Assembly (NCBI RefSeq): GCF_009914755.1
Contig: NC_060928.1
Strand: one strand, 5' to 3'
Origin: the human T2T-CHM13v2.0 reference genome, Homo sapiens
Length of the DNA: 64,000 nucleotides
Position numbers and translations under genes: made by a program
The notes under the pieces: model-generated
Databases searched by the model: none
Told to the model about the DNA's origin: nothing
Seen by the model: the letters and a program-made list of their open reading frames with translations, nothing else
Shown: one piece after another, positions 58,851 through 64,000 of the stretch
How positions within the stretch are numbered: position 1 is the first letter of the stretch
Layout of the letters: the number at the start of each line of letters is the position of its first letter

Positions 58851-60239
58851 ACTGGTAGTTTCATTGTCCTAGATGCAGAATTGCACTTAATCTCTTAGAT
58901 TTTAGTACATATTACACTTTCCTACTTTACTTGCAATCTTTCAGTCTGAAGCCTGTTTAGATCCAGAATGTAAGTCTCTTTTTTTCAGCAGCTGACAGGC
59001 AGGGTAGCTGCCTAACAAAATAGGCTGGGAGTGAGAATTTGGTGGTCTAACTGCTCTTCATACAGACTTTGAAAAAAACGAAAAAGAAAATCTGCTTCTT
59101 TTCAGGTTCCAACATGAATGCTTGAATGCTGCCTTGGGTTCATTAGGCCTCCAATCCTGAGTTTCTAGAGTTCTGTGGTGACATATAGGCTTTCTTCTAT
59201 TTATACCTTTCCTCCGACACTTTAGGTATGATTTTTCTTCTTTTTAGTAGTATTTCCTTCGATTTTTTATCTTCAGATACTGTGATTCAGGGTTAAGATA
59301 TTTTCTGTTTTTGCCAAAGAGGGAGGTTCTCTTTCTGTGTTTTGTTCCTCTTGTTCTCTTAGAAGTAATTTCTGAGAGAAGAGTACGATATATCTTCATC
59401 ATCTTGAAACTGGAAGTCCACAGTTGGCTTCTTAAGGGTCATTGTTATGTGATGACAAATCTCATTTGAAAATGCTATAAAAACAGGCTCACTAGCCTTA
59501 TAACATTCTACTATACCATTCATCAATAATGAAAATAGCCTTTTGAGCAAAAGTGTGCATTTTATGACATTTTCAAAACATTTACATATCCTGAAGGGAA
59601 ATACAAAATATTTTACACCTCTCAAGCTGTGCTGACTAGAGGTCACCACCATGTTACGTTTTATCCTCCTAAGTGTCCATGTAGAGCTTAGTTCTCCTCT
59701 AAAATTAATAAATCTCCATATAAGTAAAAGGAAAATATAGACCTAGAGTTGGTGATAATATAAACAATTTAAAGATAAGTCAACAGTTGATCAAAATTTA
59801 CCCCAGTATGTGAAGGAGAATGAATCAAAGAAATATTCATCCAAAGGCTACAGAATCTATGCTTTCTTATTTAATTTGAAACAATCAATTTAATCAGACA
59901 AATGATATTCAAATACACCGGAATAAGTCGAGACATTAACATTAATAACTTTCATGTAATGTTATTACATGTCAGTTGTAATTCTTATGAAAATAAAGAT
60001 TCCTTCCTTCTTTCCTTTCTTCCCTCTCTCTTTCCTATCTATATTCATTCATCATATATTTATTGCCTACTATTTGCGTGGCACTTTTCTATTGCTGGGA
60101 ATCCTGAAGGGAAGAAAAAAGATGGAAATATTTTCCTTCATAGTGCCTACATCAAAGTGGAGAATAATAATTGGTAACCCTTCCATAGTATTTACCTATG
60201 TAAACTTACTGTTTTCTTTTTAAATGAATATTTAAAAGC

Positions 60240-60890
60240 TTGTAAGGAACAACAACAACAACAACAAAACCCATATAAAAATGGGCAAAGGATATGATCA
60301 GACAGTTCTCAAAAGAAGACATACAAGTGGCCATACAAACATGAAAAAATGCTTAGCATTATTAATCATCAGAAAAGTACAAATCAAAACCACAATAGGA
60401 CACAATCTCACACCAGTCAGAATGGTTATGATTAAAAAGTCAAAGAACAACAGATGCTCGTGAGGCTGTGGAGAAAAGAAAACACTTATACACTGGTAGG
60501 AATGTAAATTAATCCAGCCACTGTGGAAAGCAGTTTGGAGATTTCTCAAAGAACTTAAAACAGAGTGCCATTTGACCCAGCAGTCCCATTACTGGGGATA
60601 TACCCAGAAGTAAACAAATTATTCTGTCAAAAAGACACATGTACTTTTATGTTTATCAGTGTGTTATTCACAATAGCAAAGACATGGAATCAACCCAAGT
60701 GCCCATCAATGGTAGAATAAAGAAGTTGTGGTACATATTCACCATAGAATACTATGCAGCCATAAAAAAAGAACAAAATCTGGTTCTTTGCAGCAACATG
60801 GATGCATCTGGAGGCCATTTTCCTAAGTGAATTAATGCAAAAGCAGAAAACCATATGTCACACGTTCTCACTTATAAGTGGGAGCTAAAC
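60240..60890 (+). mobile_element. L1PB-like ORF2 C-terminal fragment without 3'UTR
   Basis: aaatgggcaaagga...ttctcacttataagtgggagctaaac, then unique sequence. Confidence 0.88.
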
Positions 60891-61541
60891 CTCTCAAAAT
60901 AATGGAACAATAACTGCCATAAGTCAATTTAAAATGTGCCCTTTCTTAAAAAACAAAACCAAACAAAAACAGATTACCCTAAGTTTCCAGAAACAGGCCT
61001 CTTACCTGGGGTAAGGCACTTCAATATGCTATCTAGTAAATTTTCTCTTTTACTAAATAAGCCTAAACTCTTTGCCCTGCCTTTGTGTCTAGAAGAGAAG
61101 GAAAGAAAAGAAAAACGATGAACCCTCTAATAGCTTGTACTTCCACCTGCTGTGTTTTCCCAGGAACTGTGATGGATGGCCCTTTGGGAGGAACTCTTTG
61201 TACAAGGACAAGAGTCCTGCCTTCCCCTGTTAAACTGTCAAAACCTGTTCACCTTTTGTGTCCATACTTTCTGGCTGCTGCTCAATTTTCAAGATATAGC
61301 CACCATAGGACCCTGTCATCTCCCATCCCTTCCAACATATGGTCATCTGTCCAGAGTTATATCAGCCTTGCCTACTCTTTCCTGGCCTTTCACCCACTAC
61401 TCGTCAAGTTTCCCAGATGCTTCTCCTGAAATTCAGGGCAAAGCAGTAAACAATGCCAATCTTTTCTTAAACAGTTGTGTATCTTTCACAAACACTTAAG
61501 AAACAAACAACTTCATTTTTCTTTTAGATATTTCATTGTTG

Positions 61542-61844
61542 GGCTGGACGTGGTGGCTCACATCTGTAATCCTAGCACTTTGGGAGGCTCAGATAGGAGG
61601 CTCGCTTGAGGCCAGGAGTCAAAACAAGCCCAGGCAACATAGTGAGACTCTGTCTCTACAAAAACTAAAAACAAAATTAGCTGGGTGTGGTGGCAAGCAT
61701 CTGTAGTTTCAGCTACTAGGAAGGCTAAGGTGGGAGGATCACTCGAGCCTGGGAGGTCGAGGCTGCCGTGAGCTATTATTGTGCCACTGCACTACTTCAG
61801 CCTGCGTGATAGAATGAGACCCTGTCTCAAAAAAAAAAAAAAAA
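61542..61844 (+). mobile_element. AluJ
   Basis: gcttgaggccaggag, caacatagtgagac, ggtcgaggctgc J diagnostics; A-tail. Confidence 0.9.
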
Positions 61845-62229
61845 TTATTTGTCCTAAAGTGAGTAACATTTTTGATGGGGAAGAGAATTAGTGGTACCTG
61901 GAGAAGTCTGTTGATGCCAATTATAAACAGAATCACAGAAGATGTGTAAAATCTTTATACCTCGTTGAGGGTTATTTTGTTTCTTTGTGTTTTGACACAG
62001 GTCCATAATTAGGCTATAACTCGTCAGCCCAAATTTCAATGTGACCTTTATTTTTTAGCAACTGCATCTTACTGTACACCAAAAGACTAGTTTCTATTTC
62101 TGGAAAAATGAAAACTAAAGAGAGGCAGAGTGATCTTAAAGTTAATTTGGTTACTGAAGATTATTATTTTTTAATACACAAAGAAGAATGCTTTAATCTA
62201 GGAACAAAATGATATCATTAATGGAATAG

Positions 62230-62520
62230 CTGAATATTTCAATGATATTTCTAATTTTATTATGGCTTCTTGGTAGATAATCCCTGCCCTGCTGCATTCA
62301 ATTGGGCAGAATTATTGTGTCTCATAAGGCTGTCAAGTTAATCTGAATCATCGATGTTTGACAGGCAAATAAAAATGAAAATTATTGTTCCCAAAATTGG
62401 GGATTATAGATCTCCTACGGAAACATACATGTGCAGTTTAATAGTGATAATCCTTCAATTTAGATGAGCAGCGTTATCTGCCTTGATAATTTTTAATATC
62501 AAGGTCAGGATTTTATCTTC
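62230..62520. promoter_or_regulatory. Enhancer-like block with inverted TALE (Meis/TGIF) sites
   Basis: CTGTCA (62330-35) and TGACAG (62359-64) flank TTAATC and CATCGATG. Confidence 0.3.
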
Positions 62521-63032
62521 CAGATCAAAAATACTTTTAAAAATTATTACTTGGGCGACCATATACACACCGTAAAAATAAAAGTAATCATCTACAGGTC
62601 TGTTTTTTCCCTTAGAGATATGAAAGTAGAATTATAAATTATGCATTTGTAGGTTAAAAATAATCTCTTGAAGCTTATTTTCAATCAAATTTTCTAACAA
62701 ATTCAAACCACTGTGTCTCTCTTAAGGGAATCCATCACTATGGTTATTTCTCCACTCAACCTGTCCTTTTAGATCTCTAAAAAATGGAAGAACAACTTAC
62801 AACTTTAAGAATGTTTACTGAAGCTGTTTCAGGAAGCCTTGACCTTTAGCTGCAGTTCTCATATGCAGGTCTTGTGACTATTTCATTTTATAACACAACA
62901 TGAAAAATATAAAGAAAAGTAATGAGCAAATATAATCAAGTATGCTACACCATTATTTTAATCAGATGCTGCTAATGGCTTTCATTTTTGTATTTTGATG
63001 ATCAGATTAAATAGCTTTATACAAAGTGTAAT

Positions 63033-63197
63033 TTGAATGATCTTGTACAGGTTCTTATTTCAGTGGGGACTGAAATTCCTGAGCATCTTTTTATTGAACA
63101 TTTAAAATAATCTCTTTTTAGATGCCAAACTCTGAAATTAAAGGATAAAAAAGACCAGGTTCTTAAAGCATTGCTTTAATTAATATTTTTATGATTT
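63033..63197 (+). repeat. Left arm of 165-bp inverted repeat
   Basis: Reverse complement of 63746-63910 with 5 substitutions and no indels on manual alignment. Confidence 0.97.
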
Positions 63198-63584
63198 GAA
63201 AGTATAAATATCAGTGGCAATGAATTGCTTTTCATGTCAATCCAGCTCAGGATAACGTTTATATTTTGTAGAAATATGTAAATAGTAGAGGGTTCAGTGA
63301 TAAAATATTCACTATAGACAATAGAACAGAGAATAAAGGACATTCAGATATTGCTTTCTGTTTTTCCTATGTTTTAATCATAAAATATATACTAAAATGC
63401 AAAATTGTGTGTATATATTACATATTGTTACAAAATATAAAATGATTGTCATATATAATTTTCAAAACCATGTTTCCAAATAATAGATAACTTTCATACC
63501 TATATCCTTTTATCGTTTTGAAGACTGCTTTTAAGGATTTTGTCTCATCTGAATCATACATCCATGTTTTCTGAAATAAGCAGG

Positions 63585-63626
63585 TATAGTACACCTATTT
63601 TGTACATGAGAAATCTGACTCAGAAA

Positions 63627-63688
<62 letters not shown>

Positions 63689-63745
63689 CACCTAACTAGT
63701 GAACGATGGAGCCAGGACTTGAAATAGGTTTCCTGACTCTTAGAA
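63585..63745 (-). mobile_element. MIR interrupted by (TA)27
   Basis: cctattttgtacatgagaaatctgactcagaaagtt [TA]n ...ctagtgaacgatggagccaggacttgaa. Confidence 0.75.
63631..63684. repeat. Pure (TA)27 microsatellite
   Basis: 54 bp of uninterrupted TA. Confidence 0.98.
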
Positions 63746-63910
63746 AAATCATAAAAATATTAATTAACGCAATGCTTTAAGAACCTGGTCTTATTTATCC
63801 TTTAATTTCAGAGTTTGGTATCTAAAAAGAGATTATTTTAAATGTTCAGTAAAAAGATGCTCAGGAATTTCAGTCCCCACTGAAATAAGAACCTATACAA
63901 GATCATTCAA
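63746..63910 (-). repeat. Right arm of 165-bp inverted repeat
   Basis: Reverse complement of 63033-63197. Confidence 0.97.
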
Positions 63911-64000
63911 CATCCTTTAATATTTCCACAGAAACCTCAAACTGGTAAACTTGGTTATATAAGGGTAACATTTGCAGTGCTATAGATCTTGATCTAAATA

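Noticed and set aside
63033-63910. Novel MITE or DNA transposon with long TIRs
   Set aside because: No TSD, and the spacer contains a MIR much older than the arm divergence; local duplication is more parsimonious.

Overview
Human genomic DNA; a human-specific AluYb8 at 45594-45873 fixes the species. The window is AT-rich, CpG-poor and dominated by interspersed repeats, typical of a large intron or gene desert. It has no intact protein-coding gene, RNA gene, CRISPR array or prokaryotic system; every ORF in the track is a transposon remnant, a simple repeat or noise. Recognisable elements: a full-length but inactivated L1PA8 with an open antisense ORF0 homologue, an internally deleted near-full-length L1MA/L1M3-type element, several older L1 fragments, two complete THE1 MaLR proviruses, several solo LTRs, nine Alus, Tigger3b, MER33, MER5, a piggyBac MER85 MITE, and L2/MIR relics. 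Structure not explained by repeat families: (i) a 165-bp, about 97% identical inverted repeat at 63033-63910 enclosing a pure (TA)27; (ii) a ~160-bp, about 96% identical direct copy 2.4 kb from its source (42440/44849); (iii) an 80-bp fold-back palindrome at 57062-57141; (iv) a chain of small candidate exons at 4541-7914; (v) three motif-dense, repeat-free enhancer-like blocks. Subfamily names come from recalled consensus sequences, not from a search. I see no convincing evidence of a wholly new biological system; the local duplications are the best leads.
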